Shown one piece after another: positions 50,993 to 59,500 of a stretch of DNA of 64,000 nt. Source of the stretch: Pseudoxanthomonas sp. (GTDB lineage: Bacteria > Pseudomonadota > Gammaproteobacteria > Xanthomonadales > Xanthomonadaceae); NCBI GenBank assembly GCA_017745195.1, contig JAGHZW010000180.1, forward strand, positions 47,978 to 111,977, written 5' to 3'. How positions within the stretch are numbered: the first letter of the stretch is position 1; each line of letters opens with the position of its first letter. The notes under the pieces were generated by a model. It was not told where the DNA came from. It searched no databases and worked only from the letters and a program-made list of their open reading frames with translations. The translations under genes and the position numbers were made by a program.

Positions 50993-51772
50993 ATGGGATC
51001 TGCCATCGATTTCGTCGTTGCCGTACCGGCGCGCTACGCCGCCAGTCGCCTGCCGGGCAAGCCGCTGCGCCTGCTCGGCGGCGAACCGCTGGTGCTGCAC
51101 GTCGCCCGCCGCGCGCTGGCCGCCGGTGCGCGCGAGGTGTGGCTGGCCACCGACGATGCGCGTGTCGCCGATGCGGTGTCCGGGATCACGGGCGTGCGCG
51201 TGGCGATGACCTCGGTCGATCACGCCTCCGGCACCGACCGCCTGGCCGAATGCGCACGCATGGCCGGCTGGGACGAGGACCTGATCGTGGTCAACCTGCA
51301 GGGCGACGAGCCGTTCGCCCCGGCCAGCGGCATCCGCGAGGTCGCGCAGGCGCTCGCCGCCAGTGGCGCGCCGATGGCGACCCTGGCCGAGCCGGTCGCG
51401 GACGCCGCGACCCTGTTCGATCCGAACACGGTGAAGCTGGTCCGCGCCACGTCCGGTGATGCGCTGTACTTCAGCCGCGCGCCGCTGCCATGGCCGCGCG
51501 ACGCCTTCGCCCGCGACCGCACCGTGCTGCCGCCGGGAGGACACTGGCTGCGGCACATCGGCATCTATGCCTATCGCGCCGGTTTCCTGCAGGCCTTCGC
51601 GGCGATGCCGCCAGGAAGCCTGGAGCGGATCGAATCGTTGGAACAGCTGCGCGTGCTGGAAGCCGGTCACCGCATCGCGGTGGCGCTGGCGCCCGAACCG
51701 TTCCCGCCAGGGGTAGACACGCCCGAGGACCTGGAGCGGGCCGAGTCGCGCCTGCGCGCGGGCGGCGCATGA
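50993..51772 (+). CDS. kdsB: 3-deoxy-manno-octulosonate cytidylyltransferase
   Basis: [43 protein letters not shown]. Confidence 0.96.
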   Translation: MGSAIDFVVAVPARYAASRLPGKPLRLLGGEPLVLHVARRALAAGAREVWLATDDARVADAVSGITGVRVAMTSVDHASGTDRLAECARMAGWDEDLIVVNLQGDEPFAPASGIREVAQALAASGAPMATLAEPVADAATLFDPNTVKLVRATSGDALYFSRAPLPWPRDAFARDRTVLPPGGHWLRHIGIYAYRAGFLQAFAAMPPGSLERIESLEQLRVLEAGHRIAVALAPEPFPPGVDTPEDLERAESRLRAGGA

Positions 51773-52272
51773 TGGCGGCATCGACCCGGCTGCTTGTGGT
51801 CTGCCTGGGCAACATCTGTCGCTCGCCGATGGCCGAAGGCGCGTTGCGCGCGAGGATCGAGGCTTCGCCGCTGGCCGGCAGGATCGAGGTCGACTCGGCC
51901 GGTACCGGCGGCTGGCACGCCGGCGAACCGCCGGATCGCCGCGCCATCGCCTGCGCGCGCGGCCACGGCGTGGACATCGGCGGCCTGCGCGCCAGGCAGC
52001 TGCGCGTCGATGATTTCCAGGCCTTCGACTGGCTGCTCTGCGCCGACGCGGACAACCTGCACGATGCCCGCCGGCTGGCGCCGCCGGGCCTGGCCGCGCG
52101 CGCGGTGCTGCTGCTCGACTGGGCCGGCACGGTGGCCGGCGGCGAGGTGCCGGATCCGTATTACGGCGGCCGCGACCACTTCGAGGACGTCTGGCGACTG
52201 GTCGATACGGCCGCACAGGCGGTCGTGGCCCGCCTGTCCATCGGGGCAGGGTCCGGCATAATCGGGCCATGA
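51769..52272 (+). CDS. Low molecular weight protein-tyrosine phosphatase
   Basis: [22 protein letters not shown]. Confidence 0.94.
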   Translation: MMAASTRLLVVCLGNICRSPMAEGALRARIEASPLAGRIEVDSAGTGGWHAGEPPDRRAIACARGHGVDIGGLRARQLRVDDFQAFDWLLCADADNLHDARRLAPPGLAARAVLLLDWAGTVAGGEVPDPYYGGRDHFEDVWRLVDTAAQAVVARLSIGAGSGIIGP

Positions 52273-53681
52273 ACGCGGCTACCCTCCCGGAACTCCCCCG
52301 CGAACTGCCCTGGCTCAACGCCCAGGCGGCCTCGCTGCACGAATTGCGCGGCCGTCCGGTCGTGCTGGCTTTCGTCAATGCCGCTTCGGTCTGGTGCGCG
52401 CAGCGCCTGGCCGAGCTGGCGCAGTGGCAGGCGCGCAATCCGGGGCGGATCCAGGTGCTGGTGATGCAGGTGCCCCGCTTCGACAGCGAGCGGGTGCCGC
52501 AGCGCTCGCTCAAGCTGCTGCGCCGGCTCGGGGTGACTTCGCCGGTCCTGCTCGATTCCGACTGGGCCGCCTGGCAGCGCTATGGCATCGAGGCCTGGCC
52601 GACACTGCTGCTGATCGACGCCGAAGGTCGCGAGCGCGAGCGCATCACCGGCCTGGGTGGAGATATCGAGCGGGCGCTGTTCGCGCTCATCGAAGGCCTG
52701 CCGCGGCCGCTGGACGAGGACCTGCTTTCGACCGAGACGCTGCCTGAGCCGAGGCTGGCGCTGCGTTTCCCGGCCGGCATCGCGGCAAGCGCCGAGCGCC
52801 TGTACATCGCCGACAGCGGCCACCACCGCGTCCTCGAATGCAGCCATGGCGGGCGGATCCTGCGCCAGTTCGGGCTGGGCACCGCCGACTTCATCGACGG
52901 TCCGGCCGACCAGGCCGCATTCAACCGGCCGCAGGGCCTGGCGCTCGAGCGCGAATACCTTTACGTCGCCGATACCGGCAACCACGCGCTGCGCCGCATC
53001 CACCTGCCCAGCGCGCAGATCGACACCCTGTGCGGCACTGGCCGTCCCGGCGATCCGGTCGAGGGCCCGGTCAATCCGTCGGCGCGCAGCCCCTTGAACC
53101 ATCCGCTCGCGCTGGCCGTGGCCGGTAACCAGGTGCACATCGCCAGCGCCGGCGACAACCGGATCTGGAGTTGCGACCTGGGGCGGACCGAGCTGCACCT
53201 GCGTGCCGGGTCCGGGCGCCTGGAGATGCGCGACGGCAACGCCATGATGGCCGCCTTCGCCCAGCCGGCCGGATTGGCCGCCGTGCAGCAGGCGCTGTAC
53301 GTGTGCGATGCGCTGGGCTCGGCGGTGCGCTCGCTGCAGTTGCGCACCGACCTGGTCCAGACCCTGGTCGGGCAAGGGCTCTGGGAATTCGGCGACGCCG
53401 ATGGCCCGCGCTCCAGCGCACGCCTGCAGCATCCGCTTGGGATCGCGCTGAGCGCCGATGCGCCGCTGCTGTGGATCGCCGACAGCGGCAACGGCATGCT
53501 GCGCACGCTGCGGCTCGGTGGCGGCGAGCTGTCCACCGTCGAGTTGCCGCGGCGCCTGCACGGGCCGACCGGCCTGGCCATCGCCGGCGGTTCGGTCTGG
53601 ATCGCCGAGACCGACGCCCATGGCGTGCTGCGCTACGACATCGCCACCGGCAGCCTGGAAGACGTGTCGATCAGCGAATGA
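52269..53681 (+). CDS. Thioredoxin-like plus NHL-repeat (beta-propeller) protein, NHLRC2/SOQ1-like
   Basis: WLN..., LRGRPVVLAF, YGIEAWPTLLLID thioredoxin-like domain; repeats FPAGI, YIADSGHHRV, FNRPQGL, YVADTGNHALR, FAQPAGL, LQHPLGI. Confidence 0.82.
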   Translation: MNAATLPELPRELPWLNAQAASLHELRGRPVVLAFVNAASVWCAQRLAELAQWQARNPGRIQVLVMQVPRFDSERVPQRSLKLLRRLGVTSPVLLDSDWAAWQRYGIEAWPTLLLIDAEGRERERITGLGGDIERALFALIEGLPRPLDEDLLSTETLPEPRLALRFPAGIAASAERLYIADSGHHRVLECSHGGRILRQFGLGTADFIDGPADQAAFNRPQGLALEREYLYVADTGNHALRRIHLPSAQIDTLCGTGRPGDPVEGPVNPSARSPLNHPLALAVAGNQVHIASAGDNRIWSCDLGRTELHLRAGSGRLEMRDGNAMMAAFAQPAGLAAVQQALYVCDALGSAVRSLQLRTDLVQTLVGQGLWEFGDADGPRSSARLQHPLGIALSADAPLLWIADSGNGMLRTLRLGGGELSTVELPRRLHGPTGLAIAGGSVWIAETDAHGVLRYDIATGSLEDVSISE

Positions 53682-55546
53682 ACGACCCGGTTGTACCCGC
53701 GTTCGACGGCAAGGCCTTCGTCGCCCAGTTGAGTACCGCGCCCGGCGTGTACCGCATGTACGCGGCCGACGGCGGCCTGCTCTATGTCGGCAAGGCCGGC
53801 GCGCTGAAACGGCGCGTGGCCAGCTATTTCAGCAATACGCCGAAGACCCCGCGGATCCTGTCCATGGTTGCGCAGATCGCGCGCATGGAAGTCACGGTGA
53901 CCCGCACCGAGGCCGAGGCGTTGCTGCTGGAAAACCAGCTGATCAAGTCGCTGGCGCCGCGCTACAACGTCTCGTTGCGCGACGACAAGAGCTATCCCTA
54001 CGTGCTGCTGACCCAGGAGCGCTGGTCGCGGCTGGCCTTCCACCGTGGCCCGCGCGCGGTGCCGGGGCGCTACTTCGGCCCGTATGCCAGCGCCGGCGCG
54101 GTGCGCGAGACGATGGACCTGATGTTCAAGCTGTTCCGCCTGCGCAGCTGCGAGGACAGCGTGTTCCGCAACCGCAGCCGGCCGTGCCTGCAGTACCAGA
54201 TCGGCCGTTGCAGCGCGCCTTGCGTGGGCCTGGTCGAGACCGACGAATACGCCGAGTCGGTGCGCCGCGCCGCGCTGTTCCTGGAAGGACGCAGCGACGA
54301 GCTGGGCGAGGAACTGGCAGCCGCAATGGAGGCGGCCAGCGCGCAGCTGGAATTCGAACAGGCCGCGCGCCTGCGCGACCTGCTGGCGACGTTGCGTGGA
54401 CTGCAGGCGCGGCAATACGTGGATGGCCATGCCGCCAACCTCGACGTGCTCGCCTGCGCGATGCAGGGCAGCTCCGCCTGCGTGCTGCTGCTGGCCTTCC
54501 GCGACGGTCGCAACCTCGGCACACGCGCGTTCTTTCCGCGCACCAACGGCGAGGACAGCGCCGAGGAAGTGCTGGCCGCGTTCGTGTCCCAGTACTACGC
54601 CGAGCAGCCACCACCGGCGGAGATCGTGCTCGATCGCCCAATTCCCGATGCCGGCCTGATCGAGCTGGCGCTGGCCGAGGCGGCCGGTCGCAAGGTGGTG
54701 CTGAAATCCAGCGTGCGCGCCGAGCGCGCCGGCTACCTGGACCTGACCCGGCGCAATGCGCAGCTCGCGCTGGCCACCGAGTTGGCCAGCCGCGGCGCGC
54801 AACAGGCGCGCAGCGAGGCGCTGCGCGAGATGCTCGGCCTGGCCGAGGTGCCGGCGCGGATCGAGTGCTTCGACATCAGCCATACCCTGGGCGAGGCCAC
54901 GGTCGCTTCGTGCGTGGTATTCGACCCGGCCGGCCCGGTACGCAACCAGTACCGCCGCTACAACATCGCCGGGATCGAACCCGGAGACGACTACGCGGCG
55001 ATGCGCCAGGCGATCGAACGGCGCTTCCGCCGCGCGCTTGAGGCCGGGGCCGAACCGGGCGCCAATGCGGTGCTGCCCGACGTACTGCTGATCGATGGTG
55101 GCGCGGGGCAGCTGGCGCAGGCGCGCGAGGCGCTGGCGGACCTGGGCGTTGAAGGCGTGCTGCTGGTCGGCGTGTCCAAGGGCGAACAACGCCGCGCCGG
55201 TGACGAGACCCTGGTCCTCGCCGACGGCCGCGAAATCCGCCCGGGTGCGGCGTCGCCAGCGCTGCAGTTCATCCAGCAGGTGCGTGACGAGGCACACCGT
55301 TTTGCGATCACCGGCCATCGCGGCAAGCGACAGAAGGCGCGCACCACCAGCCGGCTGGAGGACATCCCCGGCATCGGTCCGCGCCGGCGCGCGGCGCTGC
55401 TGCGCCATTTCGGCGGCCTGGTCGGCCTGAAGGCGGCGGGCGAAGAGGAGATCGCCCGCGTGGAGGGCGTCAATGCCGCCCTTGCCGCGCGCATCTACGC
55501 TACCCTGCACGGGCTGGCGCCACCGGCCGAACCCGCATCCGGATAG
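53678..55546 (+). CDS. uvrC: Excinuclease ABC subunit C
   Basis: PGVYRM, LYVGKA, RDDKSYPY, FEQAARLRD, IECFDISH, LIDGGAGQ, VRDEAHRFAI, HhH. Confidence 0.97.
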   Translation: MNDPVVPAFDGKAFVAQLSTAPGVYRMYAADGGLLYVGKAGALKRRVASYFSNTPKTPRILSMVAQIARMEVTVTRTEAEALLLENQLIKSLAPRYNVSLRDDKSYPYVLLTQERWSRLAFHRGPRAVPGRYFGPYASAGAVRETMDLMFKLFRLRSCEDSVFRNRSRPCLQYQIGRCSAPCVGLVETDEYAESVRRAALFLEGRSDELGEELAAAMEAASAQLEFEQAARLRDLLATLRGLQARQYVDGHAANLDVLACAMQGSSACVLLLAFRDGRNLGTRAFFPRTNGEDSAEEVLAAFVSQYYAEQPPPAEIVLDRPIPDAGLIELALAEAAGRKVVLKSSVRAERAGYLDLTRRNAQLALATELASRGAQQARSEALREMLGLAEVPARIECFDISHTLGEATVASCVVFDPAGPVRNQYRRYNIAGIEPGDDYAAMRQAIERRFRRALEAGAEPGANAVLPDVLLIDGGAGQLAQAREALADLGVEGVLLVGVSKGEQRRAGDETLVLADGREIRPGAASPALQFIQQVRDEAHRFAITGHRGKRQKARTTSRLEDIPGIGPRRRAALLRHFGGLVGLKAAGEEEIARVEGVNAALAARIYATLHGLAPPAEPASG

Positions 55547-55572
55547 CGCGCTCACGGATAGAAGCGAACACG

Positions 55573-56211
55573 ATGAAGTTGACCGTCCCGACCTGGCTGA
55601 CCCTCCTGCGGATCGTGCTGATCCCGGTGCTGGTGGTCGTGTTCTACCTGCCGTACAAGTGGACCAACTTCGCCTCGGCCGCCATCTTCGTCCTGGCCGC
55701 GCTGACCGACTGGCTGGATGGCTGGATCGCCCGTCGCTACCACCAGTATTCGGCGTTCGGCGCCTTCCTCGACCCGGTCGCCGACAAACTGATGGTGGCC
55801 GTCGCCTTGTTCCTGATCGTGCAGGGCCATCCGACGCCGTGGATGGCGTTCTGGGCCTCGGTCATTGTTGGACGCGAGATCGCCGTATCGGCGCTGCGTG
55901 AATGGATGGCCGAACTGGGCCAGCGGGCGACGGTCAAGGTGGCCACGATCGGCAAGATCAAGACCGTGGCGCAGATGGTGGCGCTGTCGTGCCTGCTGTA
56001 CGCGATCAATCCGCGCCAGCCACTGCATCCGGGAACCGACATCTGGTTGGGCGAGCCGATCTTCCACCTCGGCGACTGGCTGCTGGCGGGCGCGGCGGTG
56101 CTCACCCTGTGGTCGGGTTTCCAGTACCTGCACGCGGCCTGGCCGGCGTTGCGCGACGACGAGCAGGCGGCGGCGGACCGGACGCGTGAAGAAAAGCAGA
56201 AACATGGTTGA
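55573..56211 (+). CDS. pgsA: CDP-diacylglycerol--glycerol-3-phosphate 3-phosphatidyltransferase
   Basis: TDWLDGWIAR...FGAFLDPVADKL, GKIKT motifs; uvrC-pgsA-tRNA synteny. Confidence 0.96.
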   Translation: MKLTVPTWLTLLRIVLIPVLVVVFYLPYKWTNFASAAIFVLAALTDWLDGWIARRYHQYSAFGAFLDPVADKLMVAVALFLIVQGHPTPWMAFWASVIVGREIAVSALREWMAELGQRATVKVATIGKIKTVAQMVALSCLLYAINPRQPLHPGTDIWLGEPIFHLGDWLLAGAAVLTLWSGFQYLHAAWPALRDDEQAAADRTREEKQKHG

Positions 56212-56242
56212 CAGCGCCGACCAAATCTCTAAAATGCGCGTC
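56208..56242 (+). promoter_or_regulatory. Sigma70 stable-RNA promoter for the tRNA
   Basis: TTGACA (56208-56213, containing the pgsA stop codon), 16-bp spacer, TAAAAT (56230-56235), then a GC-rich discriminator. Confidence 0.8.
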
Positions 56243-56248
56243 TCCCAA

Positions 56249-56324
<76 letters not shown>

Positions 56325-56363
56325 GACATCCGATCCGGTAGTCGCCCCGGCGACCAGGGATCG

Positions 56364-56394
56364 AAAACAGACCCCGGTAACGGGGTTTTGTTTT
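56364..56394 (+). terminator. Rho-independent terminator after tRNA-Gly
   Basis: AAAACAGACCCCG-GTAA-CGGGGTTTTGTTTT. Confidence 0.8.
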
Positions 56395-56434
56395 GTCCGG
56401 CCAACGCTGAATGAACTGCGGCGGGTGCGCCGCC

Positions 56435-56507
56435 GATCCGGCAGCGGAATGCGCGTGCAGCGGACCGTGAACCGCGCGCGTGGCTTCGATTCCGCCCCGG
56501 GCTCTTT
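56435..56507 (+). pseudogene. Decayed tRNA-Cys-like relic
   Basis: GATCCGG...GCGGAAT...TGCAGCGG...CCGC...TTCGATTCCG.CCCGGGCT aligns by eye to a tRNA-Cys scaffold; anticodon loop altered, stems mismatched, no CCA. Confidence 0.55.
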
Positions 56508-56514
56508 TGGATCA

Positions 56515-56544
56515 GACGAAGGCCCGCAGAAGCGGGCCTTCGTC
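56515..56544. terminator. Hairpin/terminator at the 3' end of the giant minus-strand operon
   Basis: GACGAAGGCCCGC-AGAA-GCGGGCCTTCGTC, perfect 13-bp stem, 18 bp from the stop at 56562. Confidence 0.75.
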
Positions 56545-56561
56545 GTGTCCGCGATGCGCCA

Positions 56562-59500
56562 CTAGACCTCGAAGACTTCGGCGTATACGAGCCGTTCCTC
56601 GACCACGATGCGACGCCGCGCCGGTGCGCCGGCGACCGGCACCGTGCGGTCCGTGTAGTAACGCTCGAACTCGCGCAGCATCAGCCGGCCGACCTTGCCC
56701 CGCGGCAGCGTCGGCAAGGTGGCGCTGGCGCGCCAGAACGGCGGGTCGAAGATCACGCCGGGATCGATGACGGTGATGTCGCCGATGTCGGCTACGGGAG
56801 GGCGGGTCGTCGCACCGGTTCCCGGCCGGACGCCGGTGTCGAGCACGGTCCGCACCTCGGCCCGGTCGAAGCGCAGCGCTGCCCCATTGCGCAGGTTCAC
56901 CTGCACCTGCGGCGGGGCCGGGCGCACCAGCGGATCGGTCGTGGCCACCGGTGCGGCCTGAGTGCTGGCGTTGACGGCGTCGGTTCCGGTCAGCGATGTC
57001 GCCAGCACCGCCTGGTCCTCCCAGGCCAGGTCCGAATCGATCTTCGCGTCCCGCGTCTGCCAGACCAGTTCGATGCGGTTGCGGCCGTTCTCGCCGGGCA
57101 CGAACGGCCCGGTGAACGAGATCCCGAAGTACTCGCTTTCGCTGGTACCTGGCGGGTTGTGGCGCCGCATCGGTCCGCGGGCCGGGACCGGGCCGCGCAA
57201 GGCCAGGCTGAGGGCCTGGCCGTTGCGCGACAGGCTCGCCGTGCGGCGCGGCAGGACCTGGGCATATTCGGCCAGGACGACGTTGGAGATGCGCGCGTCG
57301 GGCATGGCATGCGGCTGATAGCGCACCAGGGCCAGGCGTACGAAGGGCAGGTACGTTGCGCCCGGATCGAGTTCGATGTCGCAAAACCAGAGTTTGCGAC
57401 CAGGGTCGAAGTGGACGCGATGGCCGACCACGTGCGCCTGCAGTCCACTGCCGGGCAGGGTGACCGCTTCGTTGGCGACGGCAGCGGCGAAGTCGCCGAC
57501 CCGCGAGCGCGGATGCGGAAGCGGCGCGTCCCAGAGTGGATCCAGGCCCCACTGGGTGACAAATGGCAACTGCTGCGGCGTGATGCTGGCGAACGTGCTG
57601 TCGTTGCCGGCGATGACGACGCCCAGCAGTTCGCCGTCGCCGGAACTGAACCAGGGCCGTTCCAGGTACACGCGCAGGCCGTTGCCGTGGCGCGTACTGC
57701 CCAGGCTGCCACCGGCCGTGCCATTGCGTTCCCAGCGGAAGGTCGGCACCACGTAGACGATTTCCGGAGCGTCGGGCATGGCGCTGGCTGGAACGACGGC
57801 GCCGCCCGTGCCGCCGCTGGCGACGTTTTGCACCGGCGCGCCGGCATCCTCTGCCGCATCGAGTCCGGGTGCGGTGTCGATGCGCACGCGCTGGGGTTCG
57901 GCGACCGGGCCGTCGTGGGTGATGCGTGCGGCGTCGGCGAACAGTTCCGAAGGCAGGTATTCGCGGAAGCGGGTGGTCGCGCGCAGGAAGTAGCGGACGA
58001 AGCGGAAACGGGTATCGCCGAATTCGTGGCGGTTGCCGGGTACGGCGGGCCGTTTGGCGAGGTCGTTGTCGTTGACCTGGCCGCCGACCGGTTCGAAATC
58101 GCGCTGTTCGGCCACCGCGCCCTGCAGGGTGAAGACGTTGGCGTGGTTGTCGTGCAGGCGGATTTCGGCGAGCACCGCTTCGTGCTCGACCCGTTTCGGA
58201 AGCTCGGCGGCGGGATCGTCGATCCACTCCTGCCATTGGCCGACGACCTCGAACTGGCCGGTGCTCGGTCCATGCAGGGTGACGCGGCGCGCGATCAGGG
58301 TCGCGGCCGGCGCGCCGGCCTCGCGCTGCACGCCCAGATACTCCAGTCGCGGCGGACAGACCGGATGCTGGGTGGCATGCACGAGGACGAGATCGCGCCA
58401 CGGCGTGAGCATCCAGTTGGCGCCCGCCAGCGCCTGGGCACGCAGTTGCTGCCGTGCGTCGCCGGACTGCCAGTTCGGCAGGCCGAAGTGGCCCACCAGG
58501 CGGTCATGGACGAAGCTGGCGTAGCGCAGCCGGGCGATGTGGCCCTTGGGCAGGAACAGCGTCAGCAGGCCGGCATCCAGATCCCATTGCGGCGCGGCCG
58601 CGGTGGTGTGGGCATCGCCGCATGGCGGGCTGTCCACCTCGCCGGGCTGTTCGACCAGGCACAGGCGCAGCGAACGGACGTCGTCCGGCCAGTCGTTGGC
58701 CAGGTGTTGGCCGGGGTCGTCGCCGATGTCGCGGTCGAAGTCGACCAGCAGCACCCAGCTCTTGCTCGCCGGCAGCCAGGCCGCGCGCATGCCGGGCGCG
58801 GCGATCACGCCGGACAGGCCGGGTGCGAGCGGTTGCAGGGCCTTGCCGGCCACCAGCTGCTCGATCCCGGGTACGCCATGCAGGGCGATGCCGGCGCTGG
58901 CGGGATCGCTGAGATAGGGCACCGGAACGATGGCTTCGCGATGGACCAGGTACTGGCCGGCCGCGAACCGGTCGCGTGCAGGATCGCCGGCTTCCGGCGG
59001 CGCGATCGTCTCGCCCGTGCCCTGCACCGTGGCCACGGCGGCGGCGCGCTGCGGCGTGACCAGTTCGATCTGGGCGCCCGGGTGGGGGTGCAGCAGCGAG
59101 CCGGATTCGCGCGCGGCGATGGCATAGGCCTTCTTCACCCGCGCCGGATCGCCGCTGCCCACGGCCTGGTCGAACATGCCGTGCAGCTCGCAGGTCTGCT
59201 GCGAACTCTTCGGCGGAACGACGTGGCGTTCGGCGGTTGCGGTGTATTCGAAATCCGGGTTGGCGTAGAACTCCGACAGTTCCGCACCGATGCGCGCGCG
59301 ATAGCCTTCCGTGCCGGTATCCAGGTCGCTGCGCAGCACCAGGCGTTCCAGCGATTCGCCTTCGGTGATGCGGCTGGCGAGTACCAGCGCGGGCGGCTCG
59401 ACCGGATCGAAGCGGCCGTAGGTGAGCGGATCACTGGCCTGCTCGAACTCTCCCAGCGAGCGCTCGTCCAGGTCCAGGCTGTTGCCGGCCACGTCGACCA

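Noticed and set aside
56325-56561. Prophage or ICE att site with integrase at tRNA-Gly
   Set aside because: No integrase and no exact repeat of the tRNA 3' end is seen in the window; only the decayed tRNA-like relic is supported.
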